Part shown: positions 14,027 through 25,263 of the stretch, in pieces | Position numbering within the stretch: the stretch's first letter is position 1 | How the letters are laid out: each line of letters begins with the position of its first letter | From: Eledone cirrhosa | Lineage: Eukaryota | Length of the DNA stretch: 64,000 nt | Direction of reading: 5' to 3' | NCBI GenBank assembly: GCA_964016885.1 | Contig: OZ024745.1 | Span: forward strand, 54,808,001-54,872,000 | The notes under the pieces: generated by a model | Told to the model about the DNA's origin: nothing | The model's input: only the letters and a program-made list of their open reading frames with translations | The model's database searches: none | Program-made: the position numbers and the translations under genes

Positions 14027-14091
<65 letters not shown>

Positions 14092-14130
14092 GTAGTAGTA
14101 GTAGTAGTAGCAGCAATAGCAGCAGCAGAG
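14009..14130. repeat. (TTA)n-(GTA)n-(GCA)n compound trinucleotide microsatellite at the LINE 3' end
   Basis: Direct reading. Confidence 0.95.
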
Positions 14131-15326
14131 CAGCATCATCAGTAATAGTTGTTGTATTAGTATTAGTAGTGGAGGTGGTGGAGACGAGACTTAAGGTAGG
14201 AATAGTAGTATATCAACTTCATCAATAGAAATATACGATCGACACTGCCTGAATTTCACTATAAATTGAGCGTGGGTTTTTAAGTGTGAATACATTTAAT
14301 AATGTAATATGGTGTTCACAAAATTATTCCACAAGATTATAATGTATATAATTCATGTCTCAAAGATTATATGATAAATTTCGTGTTCAATTATACTACA
14401 AGTCACTCTAACATAAAATATCTCATGGGTGATATGTGCGTAATTCTAAATTTGATTGCTATATTATAATGGCTTAGATCAGCAAACAATAATTTAATGA
14501 TAGCGTCACGATAGTAAATTACTTTTGCCGTTTCCGTCCTTAAGAATACACGTGAACTCAACACTCTGACCGAACCAATACGTATGACCTCATTGTGCAT
14601 AATGCTGAATATTTATGCAATTTATTAGGAACCAAAATACGTAAAACCATCAACAAAAATTTTGTAGGCAACGATTTTAAGCAGACATTGATACATAAGT
14701 GATTCAGTTAAAAGATACTGTAATATGACACCCAATCAAGAAGGCAACGATGTTTTACGTAGGCAAATACTTTGAATTCCTTTTAATATTCTAATAAACT
14801 CCAGATAATCAAGATTTAAATACATTTCTGATGTCACAATATATTTCTGATTCGAATAGTTCTAAACATCGGCTCCATATGAAATATCGTATTAACGAAA
14901 CCATCTGCAAAGAATAATTTATTCGAATATCAAAAATAAAAAAAAGAAATGATGAAATAAGTTTCTGGTATCACGAGGATAAAACCGTAGATTCTGTTCC
15001 ACATACGAAAGAAAAAGAAATAAATCTGCCAAATTAATAGATAACCATATGTGTCCGGGCTGTTAGGTAATAGGATGTCACTGATGGGTTGTATTTGAGA
15101 AGATTTCTTACACTTTCAGTTTATCAAGAGAACCAAAATGATATGACCTTATTATCAATAGCTGTATAAAACACTCGTCAAATTAACCCTATGAGTTTAA
15201 TGGGAAAACAACAAAGTCATTACTTCAAGATAAAAAAGTATTGCATTAGTACCTTTAAATCAATTGCCGACTATAATACAAAAGTAGAAGAATATATGTC
15301 TAACTCAATCTCTCTTTTCTTTTCAG

Positions 15327-15523
15327 CTTCTTCTATACGGAATAGACTCATTAAAGATGGCGCCCAAGCCTGAGAAGAAAAAGAAAGTCATTCTGAAAAA
15401 TACATTAAAAAATCTCACAAAGACATTCAATAATCAGACAATGATACAAAACAACCGTCTCTTTCAACAGATGCTGAACAACGACAGTTGGTCGATCATT
15501 CAAACTAATCAATACACAGACGA
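15327..15523 (+). CDS. Candidate host-gene exon (unknown protein)
   Basis: Polypyrimidine acceptor TCTCTTTTCTTTTCAG, open frame [65 protein letters not shown], donor GA|GTAATT; no recognisable family. Confidence 0.35.
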
Positions 15524-15558
15524 GTAATTTCCTTTTTTGTCTCGTTTCGAAATGCTAA

Positions 15559-15596
<38 letters not shown>

Positions 15597-15599
15597 GTG

Positions 15600-15685
<86 letters not shown>

Positions 15686-15937
15686 GTATACATACATACA
15701 CACACACACAGACACACACACATATATATATACAAGTCAAAATAAATACATATAAAAGAGTAAATGATACTATTCAAGGTCTACTTGTCTAATTTTATTA
15801 TTGTGATAAAATCTATTCTTGTGTAAGCTTGTTTTAAATGTTTAACGTGGTTATAAACAGAAAATTAGCGCCATCTGTGAATTATTGAACAGAAAATAAA
15901 GTAATTCAAAATATTTATTTTCTTTATTCAATTTCAG

Positions 15938-15974
15938 AGAGAAACTGTGGATTATAACTTTGCAATTTCAAACG
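15938..15974 (+). CDS. Candidate 37-nt host exon in phase with the preceding exon
   Basis: Acceptor TTTTCTTTATTCAATTTCAG, donor ACG|GTTAGT; phase-2 splice continues the frame as (E)EKLWIITLQFQT. Confidence 0.3.
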
Positions 15975-16799
15975 GTTAGTTATTAGCCTTCGGTTTTAAT
16001 AGATGTGATTCCAAGTATGAGCACACATACAAAAGCAGCCATTAGCAAGATCAATATAGGAAATACTTAATTAGCGTGTAACTTCTAAAAATTTCCGAAA
16101 AATCTCAGTCAATTAAAACTTTGTGAATGGAGTCTTCTAGAAATGATGATTAAAATGAAGTTTTAACACGGAACAGAACAGTAAAATAATGAGATATTTA
16201 TCATTTAAGATGGCTGCGGGAACTGGTGGAAATGTTGGCCCGCCTAACTATATTTGCAGCTGAATTTTGGACGGAGACTGATTGATAGCATTGAAGAAAA
16301 GTTGTAAGGAATAATCATTTTGTTTTATTAAATAGAAAAGTAAATAAAAAACGCAGTTCCAATGTACTCTAAAAACTCTAAATATAGGTAAATAGCAAAT
16401 GTCACAGTTTGTCAATCTGGTCTTGTTTTAACGTAGCAAAGAAGGGATTATTTGTAAAAAAACAGTCATGGAACTACACTATGTATATTTCCAATGAATA
16501 AAGGAATATTTTCTGAATTATTCTAAGAACAGTTATCATTCGGTGTATGAGTGTAGGTATGATATATGTGTGCGTATGTGAGAGTGAATGTATGTATGTG
16601 TAGAGTTGTCTTCAGAAATCGAACCTTACAACAAGCATATCACTTACAAAACCTACGCAGATCTTATCGTAACATATTTGGTCTTCTGAACTGACCCGCT
16701 ACAAGAATTTAGCGACAAGGATATGAGTGGTCGAGCATTTAAAGTAATTCACAAGGAGATTGTATGCAACACGGTATATGGCATGTCTATTCCTTCTGC

Positions 16800-16940
16800 T
16801 TACACGTACAGTCCATGAGATTGGCTTTCAAATAATTTCCATCTAACCATTTTCACTCACAATACATGGGTTGACCCGAAATTATGCTAAACAAAACATT
16901 ACCAGGATGTCCTCTGGTGTGATCGAACCCGGGACCTAAT
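16800..16940 (-). mobile_element. Decayed second tRNA-derived SINE family fragment
   Basis: Minus-strand B-box-like GGTTCGATC followed by a body resembling octopus SINEs; highly diverged. Confidence 0.4.
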
Positions 16941-17135
16941 GATTTTAATTTCTTTTTTGTTTTGTGATTTCAATAAATCTGGTCTCCAATTATAAAATAA
17001 CTCACATACACACGCACACAACACATACACACATACACGCATACACACATACACACATACACACACATACACATACATACACACACATACACACAGACAC
17101 ACACATACACATACAGACACACACACAGACACACA

Positions 17136-17251
<116 letters not shown>

Positions 17252-19310
17252 CTTTGACGATAAACTCCGTCAGTTGCAGACTGTGCATCAACATGAGTTA
17301 TGTTTCTCCACAGAGTTCGATCACCAACAGCAGAGTTTAAAAAGCAATTGAAGTCCATAAGTTGATATTATCAAGCCATTGTTTTGGCTACCCGCTTCTG
17401 CTTCTCTTACCAGCCAACCTTCCTTCCAGGCATAACCTACTCACATCACCACAAGTTGATCTTTTTATATGACCTTATAGTTACTGTAGTCTTGAGCCGA
17501 AAATTGATGTAATTGGTAAAAGTCTGGTAATGTTGAGCAGCTCACTGATACAGATATGGTCGCTGAGCCGCTTGCCAGTCATGAGTCTCATGGAGTATTT
17601 CTGGAATGTAGAGAACTTCTAAAGTGACCTTGTCCAGAGTCAAGACCATATAACACAACTGGTAGGATGTAAGTATTAAGATCTTAGCCTTCAAATAATA
17701 GAAAACTCGTTTTGATGTTAGTACTTCCTTGTTCTTGTTGAAACCTGCCCAACCTAGAGTGATACGATACTGCGCAGCAACCATTCCATTGTTGTTTGAT
17801 GATAGTTTGTGATCGAGATTTACAAACTCTGTAACTAGAGTAATTTGCTGGTTGTAGATTGTGAGTTGGAGATTGACATTGTTGTTTTCAGTTGTCACAC
17901 ACTTTGTTTTGGTGATGTTAATGCGCATGCCAACCACCAGCGATTGTTTGGCCAGTACATTCAGAAAGTTTTGTAGATCAGTTCTAGAGTAACTCATGAT
18001 GGCCAGATCGTCTGCATAGCTAAGATTTAATAGGATTTTACCTCCTATTTGAAATCCAGAGGAGCATTGTTCTTCTGTTTGGTATATAAATGCAGCTATA
18101 ACTATACAGAAAAGTAGTGCTGATAGTACACCCATCCTGATTAACTCCTTTCAAAATGTCTATACAGCCTGTAGTTTCCCAGTCTGTTTTGTTATATGCT
18201 GTTGAGTTGGTGTAAGTTTCTTCCAGTAGGTTGATGTATTTTTAGTTAATTGAGGTCTGGTTTAAGATTTGCCACAAGGTAGGTAGTTTCACGTTACCAA
18301 AATCTCTTGTGAACTCAATGAAAATGATTGCACAGGGTTGTTGAATTCTATTGATTTCTCAATGATTTGTTCAAAAGCTAGGATCTGCTCAATGGCGCCC
18401 CTTCCAGATTGATACGCAACTTGTATTTCAGGAAATGAGGCGTAAAGGTCTGACTTCACTCGTGCTTCAATGATACTCATGAAAAGCTTGTAAACGTGAC
18501 TCAATAGGCTGATAGGACGATAGTTCCCACAATCAAGTCTGCTCTCTTTTTTGTAGAGTGCAACTATTAATGCTTGCTTGAACATGGCTGGGCCTTCCCT
18601 GTAGTGATAATATAGATAAAAAGATGTTGAAGTGCTTTTCGCAATTGGTTCACCCCCAGCTTTGATGAATTCTGAGTACATATTGTCCATTCCATGGCTT
18701 TTTCCTCACATTTTTTGATGGCATGAGATATCTCGCTAGCTAAGATATATGGAATGGCATCTGATGTCGAATCATGAATAGTTGTTGGTTCTGAGTTGCT
18801 GAAATATAGTTCTTCATAGAACTTAGCCCAGCGTTCTAGGATATTATCTATCCTTAATGTTGTTGTACATTTGCTTAAGTTTGTCTGATTTAAAGTGTTT
18901 TGTTTATTCAGCCTTTGCTACTCTATATTGGGCTGATGTGTGGCCACATTCTCTTCTGATTCTATGTTTTTCAGATATTGCTTTCTTTGTTGATGTGGCA
19001 TCCATTGTGGGATGGAAATATTTTCCTTAGGTAAAATCTCTTTAAATACCTCTTTTATGTTTCTGCAGATAGTTTCATAAATCTTACCGAAGCCTTCAAA
19101 GCTGAAAAGCGGTTTTGCAACTCGAGTTTGTATCGGGATGCTGTTTCGTTACATGAGAGTTTGACTAAGTTAACTTTCGCTGGTATTTTATTTTTTTGTG
19201 GCCAAACAAAGTTGATGTGATGTTCAGATATATCAAGAGCTTTAAGAGCAGTGCTGTCTAATATGCTTAGGCTTGCTGAAGGTTTTATTGCTATTATGAA
19301 GTCAATTTCT
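17252..19310 (-). mobile_element. 5'-truncated, decayed RTE-clade LINE
   Basis: CGNYRPISLLSHVYKLF...QIIEKSIEFN (18289-18690); LSYADDLA...GMRINITKTK (17542-18135); both ends flanked by (TA)n/(CA)n. Confidence 0.88.
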
Positions 19311-19799
19311 TCATATATATATATATATATATATATATACAAAATTAACATAATTTAATTAAATTAAATTAAGGGAATCATGTCCGAGACATACGCCATA
19401 ACCACCGTAGAATAAGCTCAAAGATTCCAATGAATAGATCCGAGCATTTTATATCAACTAGAAATTGATTGACATATATATATATATATATATTTAAAAT
19501 AAACACATCAGAGGTGAGAGTTTAAGAAGTGAATGATGTAGGCAGAGTCAGATATATCGGGAGGCAGATAAAGCGATCATATAGTGGAATTCCATGTATC
19601 TATCACAGTATGGCAACAAGTGTTATGGGTGGCGTTCAAATGCAATTTATCTGTGTGGTTCACAGAACATATAGGTCGCTAAAGCAAAGCGTAGTAGAAG
19701 CAGGTGAAAGCAATCATCATGGATATCAGTAGAATATAACGTTTGCGTGTGTGTGTGTTTGCGTGTAAGTCTACATAGACCCACGTACATACGCACACA

Positions 19800-19891
<92 letters not shown>

Positions 19892-19997
19892 ATAATAATA
19901 AAATTGAAGACTAAAATCCAAAGAGGGCTCGATAAGGAAAATATATATCAAATATATAAGAACCGTAGAGCAAATATTTATTAAAATAACAGATTAA

Positions 19998-20048
19998 AGT
20001 TTAAGCAAAGAATCGCTGCTTTCACCCTTAACGGGATCTTCTGAAACT
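19998..20048 (-). ncRNA. Hammerhead-like motif with U4A core variant, within a ~250-bp (TA)n-flanked element (about 19955-20205)
   Basis: Minus strand: AGTTT-CAGAAGA-T-CCC-GTTAA-GGG-T-GAAA-GCA-gcgattctt-TGC-TT-AAACT; all three stems pair; identical copy at 46872-46922. Confidence 0.6.
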
Positions 20049-20201
20049 AACAAAGTCAATCTATAAACGCAGAACTGGATATTTCAAAAAACGTTGCAAC
20101 CGGAGGAAGACCGGAAGACGATACTTTGGTTCGTGGAAACGTTCGCTGGCAAAGAACGGGAAAAAACGAATAATACGTCATTAATAGGAGCGGAGAAAAA
20201 C

Positions 20202-20280
<79 letters not shown>

Positions 20281-20787
20281 CATGTATCTACGTGTTCCAT
20301 TCGTCCGTGTTACCCCTTACGATTACAATACCATCCACTCCAGTCCCATGTTGGGATCAATACTTCCGCATCATTGCTGCGGGGTTGTGAATCAATGCAA
20401 TCCTAAGTTTCCAAGCATACCACGTGGTGTAACGAATGACTTAAATTATCCGAGTCATACAAGTATAGATGTAACTATACATATCAAGCACCAAGGTACA
20501 CTCGGCGCATCCACTGTATCGCTTACTATATTCCAACCTGGTACAATGATACTCCAACATATATATATATATATATATGTAAGTATGTATGTATGTACAC
20601 GTACATACATATATGTATACATACGTACAGTAGTATGTATATATATACATACGTGCATATATATATGTGTGCATGTATGTATATATATACATACTACTGT
20701 ACGTCTGTATACATATATGTATGTACGTATACATACATACATACATACTTACATTTATATATATATATATATACATATATACATATA

Positions 20788-20833
<46 letters not shown>

Positions 20834-21272
20834 ATTTAGGTTTGTTGCTACACCACTGGATAGAATAGAATTGGTCATTCCCTATGGTCAATCTTGATGT
20901 AAATTATGGAGAGTACTCGACGTAATGCATCTCACTCGCCTTCATTTGTGTAGTTGGTGGTGCGAATACGGAGCCTGACTGTAGTGTGACCCTTATGCTG
21001 AGCTTTCTTCTTTCTTTCTTCTTTCTTTCTCTTTCTTTCTTCTTTCTTTCTTTCTTTCTTTCTTCTTTTTCTTCTTTCTTTTTTCTCTTTGACGGAGAAT
21101 GGTTGTACATTATAAGCCTTCGCCCCCTCAACAGTTGGTCTTTAGTAGACCGAGTAGCCATCATTTGAGGGCGACTGACTGAGGTGAAAGAAGCTAGTTG
21201 GTCAGCCGTCCTCTTTGTCTTTGATTTTCGGACCCATGGATTTATCTGTTATGTTCCTTTGTTATATTTCGA

Positions 21273-21330
21273 ATACCCGATGATATCACCGGATTCATAC
21301 GTAACCCGGTCATTGAAATGATCATAGTAT
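21273..21330 (+). ncRNA. Minimal Penelope-type hammerhead motif with U4C core variant
   Basis: ATAC-CCGATGA-T-ATCACCGG-loop-CCGGTCAT-T-GAAA-TGATCA-TA-GTAT then AATAAA; palindromic stem III, AUA cleavage triplet. Confidence 0.6.
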
Positions 21331-21409
21331 AATAAACCTTTCAAGGATTTACACCAGTCCAGCCTCCTGTTATTTTATTTATAATTATATATATATATAT
21401 ATCTCTATC

Positions 21410-21570
21410 TCTAAGGCGGGTAAAATTCCCGAGATCCATGGACGAGTCCTCTCCAGCGGTCTCTGTCCCTCATTATCGCTGCCATGTCCTGCGTCTCCAA
21501 CAGACCAGTGTCTGTCCTTAGAGCATCAACATACGTTAACCTTGGTCTTCCTCTTCTAGTGTGTCCATAT
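21410..21570 (-). mobile_element. RTE-clade LINE extreme 3' fragment
   Basis: GHTRRGRPRLTYVDALRTDTGL...MRDRDRWRGLV on the minus strand, flanked by (TA)n. Confidence 0.7.
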
Positions 21571-21731
21571 AATTATATATATATATATATATAAAGTATA
21601 AGGAAAAGAAATCGAAAATGCAACTGAACTCTTTTTATAAAAAGATTCCAGTTGCCTTTACGATTGCTTTTCCTTATACTTTCACTCGTGTAGGACTTCT
21701 CTTTTTTTTCATTAACCCCACCCCAATTTCT

Positions 21732-21788
<57 letters not shown>

Positions 21789-21983
21789 TTTGAGTATATG
21801 TTGGTTGTATACCAACACCTCAGTATGCAGATTGGAGCACTCGACGAAGATCGCAGGTTGGTTTGGTTACTCCGGAGTAATGTAAACTAAAATAAAATAA
21901 ATAAGTCAAATGTTTAAAATTTGGCTTCGTTTATTATATATATATATACGCGCACCCCCCCCCCCTACATATATATGTATATA

Positions 21984-22041
<58 letters not shown>

Positions 22042-22384
22042 GTGTGTGTGTGTATCATATGCAACGATTGATTTACGTGGAATATTTTACAAATATTACA
22101 TATTATATTTTGCGTTATGATAATATTTGGTTAATTTTGATTAGATAAACTCTTCTTTTTGAAGTTAACTAGATATTTATCATTCTTTCTATAATTTTAT
22201 TAGTATAGAGCAGGCTTAATCAATGGTGATTTTGAAAGCGATTGTATCATGCTGAACCTGCTTACTTTCGATTACACTAAGTTATTATATTGTCAGAAAT
22301 TTTAACCCATATTACATTCAAACTGTTCCTTTTATGTCTTCATACAGAGTAAGTGAACCATGAACAACAGGGGCGCTCTCGTGT

Positions 22385-22578
22385 ACGGTGAATTGGCATT
22401 ATCGGTAGAGGGTCGGATGCCATGCTTCGCAGCATAGAGTTATGACCCATATACGGACTAAGGTCAAACCCCGCCGAAGTTAACTTTGCTTTTCATCCTT
22501 ACGGGGGTCGATAAAATAAAGCATCAGTAAAGCACTAAGATAATTGCTGGCCTTGTGCAAAAAGTAGAAACAATTACT
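22385..22578 (+). mobile_element. Full-length copy of the tRNA-derived MetaSINE-core SINE
   Basis: A-box TGGCATTATCGG, B-box-like GGTCAAACC, core TTTCATCCTTACGGGGGTCGATAAAATAAAG, tail TTGCTGGCCTTGTGC.AAAAGTAGAAAC. Confidence 0.88.
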
Positions 22579-22924
22579 ACGTTCATCTGTTGTTTTAACG
22601 CAAAACTTTGTAGATCCAAAGATTTTAATCTGAGTCGCCTTTTGAACTTCTTGCTGAATTTTACATCATGGATTTCTGAGAAATTTCCCGACATGTTGAT
22701 TCTTACGGCGTTGAATCAGTCGGGAGATAATGGGGCATTGTTTCATAGCAATACAATTATCTATTGTTTGAAGTGGGTTATTTTCATTGTGTCTAATTCT
22801 TATTTTCGTTTGATGTTGATAAGACGTCGGTTTTAGTGTATATCAATATGATATATGGCAGCCGTCTCGTTCAGAATTCTAGCTGAATTTTGTATTTACA
22901 AATGACATATGTATATATTTATGT

Positions 22925-23424
22925 ATGTATGTGTATATGTCTTCGCGGCTCCATCTTCAAAAGTTTTATACAAGTGGCGACACCAGATCTTAGCATCTCT
23001 TAGTCGGCAGTGAATGGGAGATGGTGATGTTTAGTGCTGTGTGGTACTGTTGTTCAGGAACGGCTTAGTCGAGGTAAAGGCGATATTCCTAGACCCGGAT
23101 GGTAAGTTGTTTGTCCTGGACGTGAGTGGCAGCGAAGCTGGTGCCTTTAGACTGTGCCCGTCTAAGCCCCGACTAGGGCTGGACGGCCAGATTTCTTTAC
23201 GAGCCTGGAAGCCTTTCTGAGAACGTTTCGCGTTTTCCTATTAGCAGGGGGATGGAACGCTATGTTAAACGCACGCTGAGATAGTGTGGGAGTAGCTGAT
23301 AGAGTCAGGATGTGTAAAAGCCTCAAGTGCCTAAACAGACAGTTCCAACTGTCTGACAGGTACCGACTAGATTTCCCTACTGCGCCAGTTTGGACCTGGA
23401 CTAACCGCATAGCATCATCTAGAT
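22925..23424 (+). mobile_element. Tx1-like LINE, 5' part of the APE domain (decayed)
   Basis: Homologous to 10500-10955: LDPDGKLFVLDV..., GGWN, LSDRYRLDFPTAPVWTWTNRIASSRS. Confidence 0.85.
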
Positions 23425-24232
23425 CAAATTTTCTCAACATTTCAGAGCTCCAGGGGTGGCGGTTTGGAGCAATGGGGTCGTTTGAAGCTTTGGGAGCACT
23501 GGAGTCCCCTTTAGTTTGGTAAGTTTTATAAGTCATATGTGTACGTCTCTTAGACAGCCAGTGTGAATGCATTTGAATGAAAAAAAACGAAGAAAATAAA
23601 TAAAAGAATCTTGTCAACGAATTCCCTAGGGAGGTAAAAGAAAAACAAAAGAAATCAAAGAAAAGGAACATAAGGACGTCAACATTTACAACAGTTACAA
23701 GAAAAACAGAAATGACAACAACAAGAAGCAATGGTGATGAAAGGTGTGGGTGTATACATATACATACATACGAACATACACACACATGCATACCTACATA
23801 CATACATACACACACACACATACACACACACACACATATATATATACACACACACAGGCCTGCGCTAGTGTTTGATGAGGTTGAGAATCTGGTCAGCTTT
23901 CAGCCAGAGCTGTGGTATTTAATCTCCCTAGGTAATAAAATCTGGAGACAGAATTTCCTCCATGCCCCCCCCCCCCCAAAAAAAAACCCATAAATCATGT
24001 CAACATCCTTACACACTTAAATATAAATGCATGAATATATACAAATCTATAAATACTTAGCTATATACATACTGAAATGTAATTATGTATGTATACATGT
24101 ATGTATGTAGATTCATATATATATATATATAAATCTACATACATTCATACATATATACATACATTTACGTATATATATACCTATGGATTTATACATTTGT
24201 ATTTATACATGCATTTATATTTAATTGTGTAA

Positions 24233-24325
<93 letters not shown>

Positions 24326-24431
24326 ATATATATATATAGGTGTGGGTGTATACATATACATACATACGAACATACACACACATGCATACGTACATACATA
24401 TAAACACACACATACACACACACATATATAT

Positions 24432-24463
<32 letters not shown>

Positions 24464-25263
24464 TTTCTTTTTTCAGTCTGGTCTACCATGTTTGAGCCTC
24501 CTGTTGGAGATAGATAGATATGTTTCTTTATTAGCCACAGATAGACGTGTACCAAACACACACACATTTCTTACTCTCTCTGTACCCCCTCTTTCTCTCT
24601 TCATTTATATATATATATATATATGGCGTTGTTATTTGGCGTTGTTGAAAAGAGCAGTGGCCTTTGACATGGCAATAAAAACTGGAGGCAAAATTCTTTC
24701 TGTACCAAAACCACGGCACACACACACGTTTGTGTGTGTATGTATGTATGTGTGTATGTGTGTGTGTGCGTGCCCATTTATGTGTGTATGTGTGTGTGCG
24801 TATCTATCTATGTATATATATATAAGGGATTTCTCACTGTCACCAAGCTTCTCAATTCATTCATTGCTACCATTTTGCTACGAGGTATTTTATTTTGCGA
24901 AGTCCTATTTTCCTCCTGAGTTTGTGATTTCAGAAAAGGGTAAGAAATTCTTCATATTTTGCATCTTTTGTATTTTGACTTTACAGTTTCAATTGTAGAA
25001 TTGTCTATTCACTCAAAATATTACAACAGCTAACAGTGAAATATAGAATTTAGAAAAAGAAAAGCTTTTTCGACTGACATCAAATCTTTTTTTTTTTTCA
25101 AAAATATATAATTTGAAATAGCTTGCTTTTGTTTTGGACTGAAACTTTTTTGTATTTAATTCGTACGAGTACTTTTTAAGATTCTAACATAACTTGATTT
25201 TGCCCAGTAATCAAAATCAGTAGTATATTGAAAAATAGAAAAATAGAGTGGGGGCGTTTGGCG
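23425..25263. mobile_element. ~1.84-kb insertion interrupting the Tx1 copy; possible hAT/Charlie-type non-autonomous element
   Basis: ATCTAGAT at both junctions (23417-23424, 25264-25271) fits the NTCTAGAN 8-bp Charlie target; left end CAAATTTTCTCAAC resembles a Charlie TIR; no matching right TIR is visible. Confidence 0.45.

Larger units (their letters stand above)
8440..14027 (+). mobile_element. Near-full-length Tx1/L1-clade LINE (ORF1 + APE-RT ORF2); 5' boundary uncertain (8049-8530)
   Basis: GC-richer block with a CCHC ORF1, APE, RT (YADD at about 12411) and C-terminal CxxC..ET..H...C motif; ends AATAAAGAAATC(ATT)n. Confidence 0.92.

Noticed and set aside
15357-15527. [10 protein letters not shown] as a histone H2B or myosin light chain start
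   Set aside because: The following sequence shows no histone-fold or EF-hand similarity.
22385-22480. tRNA gene
   Set aside because: A/B boxes belong to a SINE head; no cloverleaf can be formed.
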